IMG/VR virus record: IMGVR_UViG_3300032294_002797
Location: 124,001-188,000 of that record
Direction: 5' to 3' (one strand)
DNA: 64,000 bases
The notes beneath the pieces were generated by a model. That model saw only the letters and a list, made by a program, of their open reading frames with translations, had not been told where the DNA came from and made no database searches. The translations under genes were made by a program, and so were the position numbers. Within the stretch, counting starts at the first letter, position 1. Each line of letters begins with the position of its first letter. Below, in pieces: positions 38,824 through 47,045 of the stretch.

Positions 38824-39156
38824 ATCTGGACTTGGCGGTTGATCATCATTATTGGCTATAATACCTTGATTTTGTCCAACCTTCATAATATAGTTCATTA
38901 ATCCAACAATTATACCCCCAAGCTCTGGATCAGTAGCTGCATTAGATAATAAATTATCCATATTCATAAAAACTACTTCATTAGACACTATAGCATTGCC
39001 GTCTGGACCAGTGGCAAATTTAATTAGTGTTACTTGTGCTGAGGCGTCCCCATTGGGATTTGGTGCTCCGATATCAATACGTTGAACCCACCATTTATCG
39101 TATACAATGGCTGGTACTGTCGTTGGATTACTTGCTGATAATATTGGTAAACTCAT
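38815..39156 (-). CDS. Small fibre-associated hypothetical protein
   Basis: 113 aa between fibre genes, with RBS. Confidence 0.6.
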   Translation of the reverse strand: MSLPILSASNPTTVPAIVYDKWWVQRIDIGAPNPNGDASAQVTLIKFATGPDGNAIVSNEVVFMNMDNLLSNAATDPELGGIIVGLMNYIMKVGQNQGIIANNDDQPPSPDSV

Positions 39157-39171
39157 AAAAATTCCTTATTG

Positions 39172-39819
39172 TTAAAGATTGAAACGACCCTTGATAGCAT
39201 TATAATTTTGTAAAATCTCGGAAGAAGATAAAGATCTGCTATAAATAGCTACAGGACCTATCGATCCACTAAAATATGTAGTCCCAGTTCTTCCTATCCT
39301 AAGAGGTTTAGTAGAGCCGGATCCAGTAAACGTCGTTGTTCCAATAAGTGTTCCATTTCTATATATAGGTCCAGTTCTATTCAAAACCAATTGGTTCCAT
39401 TTTTGTAAATATATAGTAGATAATGATCCAATATTTGTTCCACCTCCACCAGGGTTACCCCTGCATAACATACTACCTCCATAAGGGAAAATACTCCAAT
39501 CCCAAACGGCGCTATTATAACTATTGTCTCCCGCGCAAATTAATATTCTGTCTGATATAGAATTTAGATAAAACCATATTTCTATAGTTACAGCATTATT
39601 AAAGATATTATTACTTGGAAAATCAATATAATCATTAGAACCATCTAATACAACTACTCCTCTATTAGATGGAGATAATGTTGCTCCATTAGTTAAATTA
39701 CCATTACATCCATTATTAGTTAAATCAAAAATACTACTAGAAGTAGATGAAGCATATCCTGGATTCATATAAAAAATTAAACTATTTCTAGTAATACCGG
39801 GACCATTTTGATAACTCAT
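39172..39819 (-). CDS. LamG domain protein
   Basis: GPGITRNSLIFYMNPG, LDGSNDYI, IYSRSLSSSEILQNYNAIKGRF. Confidence 0.88.
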   Translation of the reverse strand: MSYQNGPGITRNSLIFYMNPGYASSTSSSIFDLTNNGCNGNLTNGATLSPSNRGVVVLDGSNDYIDFPSNNIFNNAVTIEIWFYLNSISDRILICAGDNSYNSAVWDWSIFPYGGSMLCRGNPGGGGTNIGSLSTIYLQKWNQLVLNRTGPIYRNGTLIGTTTFTGSGSTKPLRIGRTGTTYFSGSIGPVAIYSRSLSSSEILQNYNAIKGRFNL

Positions 39820-39846
39820 TAAATTATTCTCTATCTTAATTAATTT

Positions 39847-40638
39847 TTAGTATGTTGGTAATAATAACCTATATCTAATAATAACTATTCCACTACCTCC
39901 ATATCCAGATCTACCACCCCCACCACCACCTAAACCATCAACGCCTCTTTGGGCAGAATTTCCTCCTCCTCCTAATCCCCCGGCACCAGACGTAACAGTA
40001 TTCCCATAACTATTCACCCCACCGGCACCACCACCACCATAATATTGAGATGTACCAGTAATATTCGACATTAATCCGATACCTCCATCTCCAGCTTTAG
40101 AAGTAGTACCATCCTGTCCATTCCCTCCGGCTCCACCACCACCTCCATAGGCATATAACCAAGATCCTATACCTCCACCATATCCCTGTCCCGTAGTTCC
40201 TAGCGTTCTAAAAAGCCCACAGCAACTATGTGCTAATCCTCCACCAGATGCCCCATTAGTCGGTTGCTGAGTATAGTATCCTCCTGGTCCTCCGCCAAGA
40301 GCAACAATATTATTAAAAGATGAATTATCTCCATTATTTGCCATATTAAATGTTGGATTCGAACTATTTGGAGTACCTCCTAGGCCAACTACAGCACCAT
40401 ATCGTCCTTTGGATATATTCATAGACCCTGTTAAAACTCCACCACCTCCTCCTCCCCCACTATCTGCTAGAGGGGTTCCTCCACCACCACCAACTATTAA
40501 ATAATCTATATCTAGATTAGTTGTTGCAATAAAATTTGCAGTATTTTTAAATATATGTACAAAGTAAATATAATTATTTTGAATATATCTATAAAAATCT
40601 CCTCCTAATCCTAAATTTTTTCCATAAACTATTCCCAT
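39847..40638 (-). CDS. Glycine-rich virion protein
   Basis: YLIVGGGGG, ALGGGPGG, YYGGGGAG, GGSGIVIIRY. Confidence 0.85.
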   Translation of the reverse strand: MGIVYGKNLGLGGDFYRYIQNNYIYFVHIFKNTANFIATTNLDIDYLIVGGGGGTPLADSGGGGGGGVLTGSMNISKGRYGAVVGLGGTPNSSNPTFNMANNGDNSSFNNIVALGGGPGGYYTQQPTNGASGGGLAHSCCGLFRTLGTTGQGYGGGIGSWLYAYGGGGGAGGNGQDGTTSKAGDGGIGLMSNITGTSQYYGGGGAGGVNSYGNTVTSGAGGLGGGGNSAQRGVDGLGGGGGGRSGYGGSGIVIIRYRLLLPTY

Positions 40639-41399
40639 TATAATCCAAACCTTCCTTTTGAAGCATTATAATTTTGTAATATTTCGCTAGTACTTAATAA
40701 TTTATTATAAATAGAAAAATTACTAATCAACATATTGCTATAACAATACCCGCAATTAACAGTATATGCCCCAAGTCTTAATAAATTAGTTAAATTAAAT
40801 ACAGCTGGCATAAGATTAGAAAATGTCAATATGCCATTCCTATAAGTATAGATTATTTGAGTAGTATTACTATATGTAATAGTAAGATAGGTCCAAGTAT
40901 TGATAATACTAGTTGCATTAGAACTTATGCTCAAATATTTTGCAGTGGTGCTATTCGATCTGGCGGATACATCTAATCTATTTGTATTTCCATTAGTATA
41001 CATATTAATATAATCTCCATAGCCGCTGCTAATTTCGAAAATCATTCTAGTTGTTGGACATGGACATGAGCCGCCTCCGACTACCAAATTATTTATCCAT
41101 AAATTGATAGAAAAATCTGTATTTATTGTATAATTATTATCCGATGTAATGTATTGATTAGTTCCATTTAAAGTGAATCTTCCATTACTAAAAGAAGGAT
41201 TATTAGATAAAGTAAAATGTCTATTATTACCGCTAATATCGTACCATTTATTCCCACTTCCTGGATAACTACGGTTGTTAGCAGCGTCCAGATGTAGAGT
41301 TAAATTATTTGTAATTATATCTGGGCCGCCATATATGCTCATAAGGAGTATTCTGTAACTATTTGAGGAATATCTTTTCTTAATCCGGTAAATGTCCAA
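40638..41399 (-). CDS. LamG domain protein (probable start MSIYGG)
   Basis: GPDIITNNLTLHLDAAN..SYPGSG..WYDISGN; EILQNYNASKGRF. Confidence 0.88.
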   Translation of the reverse strand: MDIYRIKKRYSSNSYRILLMSIYGGPDIITNNLTLHLDAANNRSYPGSGNKWYDISGNNRHFTLSNNPSFSNGRFTLNGTNQYITSDNNYTINTDFSINLWINNLVVGGGSCPCPTTRMIFEISSGYGDYINMYTNGNTNRLDVSARSNSTTAKYLSISSNATSIINTWTYLTITYSNTTQIIYTYRNGILTFSNLMPAVFNLTNLLRLGAYTVNCGYCYSNMLISNFSIYNKLLSTSEILQNYNASKGRFGL

Positions 41400-44257
41400 A
41401 AGAAATCATATAGTCCATTAGTATCACAACCAACAGTAAACGTATTGTGTGGTATCTTAATGTCTTGTATATAAAGAATCTTATTGTGTTTATAGTTAGT
41501 AATTTGTATATTAATACTATCGTCATCCAAAACTAAATCTTTAATATAGTCTGGTAAATTTACTACACAAACTCCATTTACAACAGTATCTTTTCCTGTT
41601 AATCGTACTCCGTGATATGGGCTTTCTAATGAGCCGTATTCTAAAACATATCCAGGTTTTGATGGATGGCTTATTTTAAAGCTTTTAGTTGTAGCAGAAA
41701 AGGCTCCCGATACTGCCACATCTCCTACTACATCTAGTTTAACGGCTGGATTATTTTTACCAATTCCTACATTTCCTATATTATCTATTCTTAATCTTTC
41801 GGTGCCGCTAGTACTAATAGACAAGGTATTGGCTGATGGAGAAAATAAGCCTGTATCTGGATCATTGATAAATTCGAATGATGGTAAAGAAGAGGTACCC
41901 GATCCTGCTATAAATGATCCTGTACAACTAACGTCTCCATTAAATGTACTGTTTCCAACTACATGAAATTTAGTTGAGGGTACTCCTGTTCCTATTCCAA
42001 TATTGCCGCCACTAGAAATCACAAAATCATTTTGATTAAATCTTCCTCCAATTATACTATCGTCACTAAATACTTCAAATATTGGCAAACCAGCATTATT
42101 ATTAACGCTCATTAAGCTACCGCTAAGACTGTCTACAACGCTGAATAGACTACCATTAGTACCTTCAACATTAAATACCAATTCTCCGCTAGTAGTAGAA
42201 TAAACGTCTAATAAAGCATTAGGGACTAATCCAGTGGTTGAGGCAAATAATCCTGTTCCCACAACATGTAAACGTCCACTAGGAGCTGTTGTTCCTACTC
42301 CTAAATTACCAACCGACGTTAATCTCATTCTTTCGGTAGCAGCCGGAGAAAATCTGATATGTTGGTTAGCCGTTCCTGCATTATAACTATTTCCTATTTC
42401 AACCTCTTGACTAAATGCTAAAACTCTTATTCTTCCAGCTTGACCTTCTAAATTAATTGTATTATCTCCACCCCTAACTATTAAACTATCACTAGTATCA
42501 TTATATAACCTATTATATGTTAGCGGTACTGCCGTACCTGATCGTGATATGTATAAAGAACCTTGAGAATAAGAATCTCCAAAAATATGTAAAAGACCAC
42601 TTGGCGTTAATGTATTTATCCCAACAGCTCCAGCAAAATAGGCTCCTCCAGACGCATTAATATTAGAAAACATTATAGACCCATCTGCATTTCTGGTTTC
42701 TATAGCGTTAGCAGTTTGACTGGCTACCTGTGATATGTAGATTCCTCTTCGACTAGGAATAACTGTGCTTACCTCCAATGAGGCGAGTCCGTTCCATGTT
42801 GTTTTAGAAACAGCTAATGTTGTATTATTAATAAATCCAGTTGAACCAAAAGATAAAAATCTTGTACCGCTTCCTTGACTAACATAAAAAGCATTCACGC
42901 TGTCTGTTCTAACATCTAAATCAAACGTTGGATTATTAGTGCCTATTCCTATTCTAGATGATACTATCCCGGTACCCAAAACATGTAGTTGTCCACTTGG
43001 TGTTGATGTTCCTATGCCAAAACTACCAGACGGTGTAATTCTAGCTTTTTCGCTACCGCCGGGATTAAACATAACATAAGCATTAGCAAATGCTGATCCT
43101 ATTTCGACTCCAACGCTTGATGATGACAGAACAAGTTTACCTCCATCTCCTTGTAGCTGTAAAGAATTACTTCCTCCAGCTAAAGTAAGATTTTGAGCAC
43201 CAGCTCTTTGAATACTGCATCTATTTCTACTAGTGTCGGCGTAGTCTGTATCGTTTTGATTAAAATATAAAATTCCTTGAATTCTAGATTCTCCATTAAT
43301 ATCCAAAACAGAGGATGGAGCAACCCGATTAACGGCTATGCCTGAAGAAAATATTCCCGTTCCTATAACATGTAATTGGCTACTAGGACTAGTTGTTCCT
43401 ATGCCCATATGTCCATTATTTCTGTTTATATGCAAAACATCAGACCAGCTTGTAGATCCTGCTCTGCGAGCAAGTCTAAGATTACCGTCAGTTGCTCTAT
43501 CAAAAAATCCCCATCCATTATTTCCACTAGACAATTGAATATTATTGGTACTAGCTAAGAATGGAACTGAATCGTTATTGCCGACTCCGATGTGGGTCTT
43601 TACTACATTGCTTGGATTACTTAAGAGTACGTAGCTATTATTAGCTACAATTCTTTCTATATGAAGTGCCCCGCTAGGATTAGTCGTTCCTATACCAACA
43701 CTAGTATCATTATCAAAAATAACTCCACTAGTTAAACTATTACTTCCATTCCATCGTGAAACATAACCACTAATTCCAATTCCGGTAGTTAAATTAGCTG
43801 GAAATAGTCCACTTACGCTAGAGTTAAAATTAGTAATATTTGATGACGTATGAGTATGGCCGCTGACACTAATAGGAATATTGTTTAATAACCATGGTCC
43901 GCTAAAATTTAAAACTTCGTCGCCTTCGCTTGCTTCTATCGAGCCAGAAACATTATTACCATTAAAATATATTCTATGTATTCCATTAGAATTTATGGCT
44001 GGATTTATTTCTATTCCACCTTCATAATAAGAAGGAGCATAAATCGATAAATTTTGAAATTGACCACTAGCTGGAGATATCAAACCAGAGGAACTAGCAA
44101 CATTTTTTAAACTATTCCAATTAGATACTCCGTCACCAATCTTTAAAATATTATTGGATAGATCATATCCTGGCTCTCCACTAGCTAGTATAGGATTGGT
44201 ACTGCTCCACTGAGATCCTGTTCCTTTTCGTATTGTAATGGCCGTATTAACTGGCAT
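41339..44257 (-). CDS. Long tail fibre: Mtd_N, repeated GIGT..P...LHV units, C-terminal chaperone-like domain
   Basis: NPILASGEPGYD...KIGDG..WNSL; several GIGTxxPS.xLHV repeats; KSFKISHPSKPG.VLEYGSLE. Confidence 0.88.
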   Translation of the reverse strand: MPVNTAITIRKGTGSQWSSTNPILASGEPGYDLSNNILKIGDGVSNWNSLKNVASSSGLISPASGQFQNLSIYAPSYYEGGIEINPAINSNGIHRIYFNGNNVSGSIEASEGDEVLNFSGPWLLNNIPISVSGHTHTSSNITNFNSSVSGLFPANLTTGIGISGYVSRWNGSNSLTSGVIFDNDTSVGIGTTNPSGALHIERIVANNSYVLLSNPSNVVKTHIGVGNNDSVPFLASTNNIQLSSGNNGWGFFDRATDGNLRLARRAGSTSWSDVLHINRNNGHMGIGTTSPSSQLHVIGTGIFSSGIAVNRVAPSSVLDINGESRIQGILYFNQNDTDYADTSRNRCSIQRAGAQNLTLAGGSNSLQLQGDGGKLVLSSSSVGVEIGSAFANAYVMFNPGGSEKARITPSGSFGIGTSTPSGQLHVLGTGIVSSRIGIGTNNPTFDLDVRTDSVNAFYVSQGSGTRFLSFGSTGFINNTTLAVSKTTWNGLASLEVSTVIPSRRGIYISQVASQTANAIETRNADGSIMFSNINASGGAYFAGAVGINTLTPSGLLHIFGDSYSQGSLYISRSGTAVPLTYNRLYNDTSDSLIVRGGDNTINLEGQAGRIRVLAFSQEVEIGNSYNAGTANQHIRFSPAATERMRLTSVGNLGVGTTAPSGRLHVVGTGLFASTTGLVPNALLDVYSTTSGELVFNVEGTNGSLFSVVDSLSGSLMSVNNNAGLPIFEVFSDDSIIGGRFNQNDFVISSGGNIGIGTGVPSTKFHVVGNSTFNGDVSCTGSFIAGSGTSSLPSFEFINDPDTGLFSPSANTLSISTSGTERLRIDNIGNVGIGKNNPAVKLDVVGDVAVSGAFSATTKSFKISHPSKPGYVLEYGSLESPYHGVRLTGKDTVVNGVCVVNLPDYIKDLVLDDDSINIQITNYKHNKILYIQDIKIPHNTFTVGCDTNGLYDFFWTFTGLRKDIPQIVTEYSL

Positions 44258-44294
44258 AAGAATAATCCATAGTAATTTACTTTATAATAATCAA

Positions 44295-44615
44295 CTATCT
44301 AATAGCTAGCAAACTATTTAATTTATTTTCTAAATCATTACCAAACCTATTCAAAATCTCTTGGGTTATCTGCTCGTCTGTTAAACTATCCAAAGATTGA
44401 TAATTAGTTCCTGAGTATAAAAATATGGGTATTTTAGCCGGTTTTACCCAAACTTTAATAATACTATTTTCACTATCGTCTACCAATAATACATTTAATA
44501 TTGAAGATATTTGTTCGGTATATCCACCGGAGCTATTTTGAACTTGTAGAGTAATACTTTGTTCTAAATTAATAATTAAATTTTTATTCATGTTAATATG
44601 TACAACTCCCATCAT
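44295..44615 (-). CDS. Small fibre-associated protein, paralogue of 45466..45789
   Basis: L...ITLQ ... LY...Y..L...TDEQI...I shared pattern. Confidence 0.6.
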   Translation of the reverse strand: MMGVVHINMNKNLIINLEQSITLQVQNSSGGYTEQISSILNVLLVDDSENSIIKVWVKPAKIPIFLYSGTNYQSLDSLTDEQITQEILNRFGNDLENKLNSLLAIR

Positions 44616-45462
44616 TCACATTAGCATTAGGATCATAATTGGTGGCGAATGAATCAGTACAACCATAATATAAACACCCATAAGTATAATCTGCAACAGA
44701 ATCATAGACTGGGTTACCAATCACATTACAGCCAACTCTGTATACTGATACTAAGTCGTTCGTGAAGCCATAGGTTCTTTTAGTTTTGTAATAAATTTTA
44801 CTTATTTCATCAACTGATAGTGCTCTATTATAAAGGGCCGTTCGACCTATGCTCATGCTAAAGCCGGTATCTCCTATTTGTATATTATATTCATTATCAA
44901 CTATTGTTCCTGTAGCAGCTGTTCTATAAATATACAACTTATTATCATATCCAATATATAAATAGTGATTAAAACCCGATACAGAAGAATCGTAAGAATG
45001 ACCAATAAAATTCCAACCCAACACACTAGGATGAAAGCCCATACCATTTCTCTGATCAGTATTAAAGTCTGCTAAGATAAAATTTCCTCCCATCCATTCT
45101 ACTATAAGTCCATAGTCATAGAAAGCTGGCTTGCCAAATAACGTCTTAAACGAACCGGTAAGTTCATAATCGAATTTAGCCCAAATAATTTGAGTAAAAC
45201 TATCACTCATAACTAATGAGCTATTATGATTTACAGTAATATTATTCGACTGTAGGGGTAGTGCTGGACCATTCGTAGAAACTGAGCTAGAAATAGTTCC
45301 ATGATTATTAAGTCCACTCAAATCATAAATAGTATCTGATCCATTACTATTAAAACTATTACTATTAGCAGGATCAAAATAAAGCACAAGCCCGTTACTA
45401 TTAGTTAGTATGGGGTCATATAAATTACACTGATTAGCTTTAGTTTTAATTCCATTTAACAT
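44593..45462 (-). CDS. LamG domain protein with C-terminal YGCTD...NYDP motif
   Basis: GLVLYFDPAN, YDLSGLNNHGT, YNRALSVDEI, YGCTDSFATNYDPNANVNDGSC. Confidence 0.85.
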   Translation of the reverse strand: MLNGIKTKANQCNLYDPILTNSNGLVLYFDPANSNSFNSNGSDTIYDLSGLNNHGTISSSVSTNGPALPLQSNNITVNHNSSLVMSDSFTQIIWAKFDYELTGSFKTLFGKPAFYDYGLIVEWMGGNFILADFNTDQRNGMGFHPSVLGWNFIGHSYDSSVSGFNHYLYIGYDNKLYIYRTAATGTIVDNEYNIQIGDTGFSMSIGRTALYNRALSVDEISKIYYKTKRTYGFTNDLVSVYRVGCNVIGNPVYDSVADYTYGCLYYGCTDSFATNYDPNANVNDGSCTY

Positions 45463-45465
45463 TAT

Positions 45466-45789
45466 TTATCTCTGTGGTGGAACAAATAAACCTTCTAATA
45501 CTCCCACAGGATTGTCTCCTAATAATTCATTTATTCGATCTTCTACCTGAGCTGTAGTATAATCGCCAATGTTGGTATAGTCGGTATCTTTCCATAAAAC
45601 TAAAGGATAAGGACAAGGAACTATTCTAACCATACAGGTTTTACGCTTAATATTATCAAATATAGTATAATCTAGTTCATTAATAGTGATAGGTTTTTGA
45701 ACTCTTACTTCTCCATTAGAGCGAGTGATGGTTGGAGGTTGTATAGTTATTGGGTTGTTTAGATTCATTTTTGATTCCTTTATGGACAA
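45466..45789 (-). CDS. Small fibre-associated protein (probable start MNLNNP)
   Basis: LVLWKDTDYTNIGDYTTAQVEDRINELLG; follows the beta-helix gene. Confidence 0.65.
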   Translation of the reverse strand: MSIKESKMNLNNPITIQPPTITRSNGEVRVQKPITINELDYTIFDNIKRKTCMVRIVPCPYPLVLWKDTDYTNIGDYTTAQVEDRINELLGDNPVGVLEGLFVPPQR

Positions 45790-47045
45790 GATGGTGGTGG
45801 GTTGGGAACAAAGGTTATGGCCGTGCCGAAGCCGGTTACGTTGCAGGCAGAGCCTGTGAAGGTGGCGGTGCCGGTCACTGTGGCTTCGTTGTACGAACTG
45901 TCGTTGAAATTCGCGTCTCCGGTGACGGTGCTGGGGTTGCCGTTGTACGAACTGTCATTAAACGTCGCGTCTCCGGTGCCGCCGCTGTAGTTGTACGCGG
46001 TGTCGTTGAATGTCGCGTCTCCGGTGACGGTGCCGTCGTTGTACGAACTGTTGTTGAACGTCGCATTGCCACTGACGGTGCCGCTGTAGTAGTTGTACGC
46101 GGTGTCGTTGAACGTCGCGTTGCCGGCGACGATCAAGGTGTTGCTCGAACTGTTGTTGAACGTAGCGTTGCCAGTGACGGTGCCGTTGTTGGACGCATTA
46201 TCGTTGAACGTCGCGTCTACATTGACGGTGCTAAAGTTGCCCGAACTGTCGTTGAAATTACCGTCGCCAGATACGGTGTCGTAGTTACTCGAACTGTCGT
46301 TGAAAGTACCGTTGCCAGTGATCGTGCCGTCATTATTAGAACTTCCATTAAACGTTGCGTTGCCGTTGATAGTGCCAAAGAAGATGCTCGAATTGTCGTT
46401 AAAAGTAGCGTCTCCATTAATGGTACTGAAGTTAATAGAATTGTTGTTAAAAGTCGCATCTCCATTGACCGTACCACCATTGTTCTGCGAGTTATCATTG
46501 AAAATAGCGTTTCCATTGACCGTGGCGGTGTTGTACGAATAATCGTTGAATGTCACTTCCCCATAAGCGTAACTGAAGTTACGCGAAATATCGTTAAATG
46601 TCGGGTTGTTAGCGTCGCCTTGGTTGGACGAATAACTATTGAAAGCAGCATTACTGACGCTTCCGAAGTTTTGTGAGCTGTTGTTAAAATGCGCATCGCC
46701 AGTGATGGTGCCGACGTTGATCGAATTGTCATTGAAATTAGCGTTGCCAGTAACGGTAATGGATACGAAAAAGAAAAAGTTGCCATTAATAGTAAAGTTC
46801 ACCAGTGTCGGCTCGCTGGCACTATTGGTATTAACAGAGGCGCTCGCAATTACACTATCTATACTTCGTGGTAAATGAGTGGCAGGAACACTAAATTGAT
46901 CATCCAACCACCAATTACCCAAAGTATTCCAATCATTATCAACAGCACCATTAAAGTACAAAACCTTACTCGTTGCTACTCTTACCTTAGCAGCGCCGTT
47001 GACTATTTTGAATTTATTTCCCCCTACAGCTCGGAAAAAGCTCAT
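45780..47045 (-). CDS. Beta-helix/solenoid repeat protein (putative receptor-binding fibre)
   Basis: About 20 copies of a roughly 16-aa unit GTVTGNATFNDSSYN; N-terminal W..LGNWW. Confidence 0.85.
   Translation of the reverse strand: MSFFRAVGGNKFKIVNGAAKVRVATSKVLYFNGAVDNDWNTLGNWWLDDQFSVPATHLPRSIDSVIASASVNTNSASEPTLVNFTINGNFFFFVSITVTGNANFNDNSINVGTITGDAHFNNSSQNFGSVSNAAFNSYSSNQGDANNPTFNDISRNFSYAYGEVTFNDYSYNTATVNGNAIFNDNSQNNGGTVNGDATFNNNSINFSTINGDATFNDNSSIFFGTINGNATFNGSSNNDGTITGNGTFNDSSSNYDTVSGDGNFNDSSGNFSTVNVDATFNDNASNNGTVTGNATFNNSSSNTLIVAGNATFNDTAYNYYSGTVSGNATFNNSSYNDGTVTGDATFNDTAYNYSGGTGDATFNDSSYNGNPSTVTGDANFNDSSYNEATVTGTATFTGSACNVTGFGTAITFVPNPPPSCP
45800..46750 (-). repeat. Degenerate tandem repeat, about 48 bp period, GC-rich relative to the rest of the window
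   Basis: Recurring GTCGTTGAA and ACGGTG words on the + strand. Confidence 0.85.

Noticed and set aside
39847-40638. C-rich runs (ccaccacc) as a possible non-coding repeat or G-quadruplex element
   Set aside because: Explained by poly-Gly codons of the glycine-rich protein.
45750-46676. 308-aa plus-strand ORF and several shorter overlapping ORFs
   Set aside because: These are shadows of the GC-rich repeat gene on the minus strand; the V/R-rich periodic text mirrors its codons, and every other gene is on the minus strand.
45780-47045. AAC-rich repeats together with Mtd_N fibres suggested a diversity-generating retroelement
   Set aside because: There is no reverse transcriptase in the window and no TR/VR pair differing only at adenines. 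The repeats differ at all bases and encode a solenoid. A DGR elsewhere in the genome cannot be excluded.
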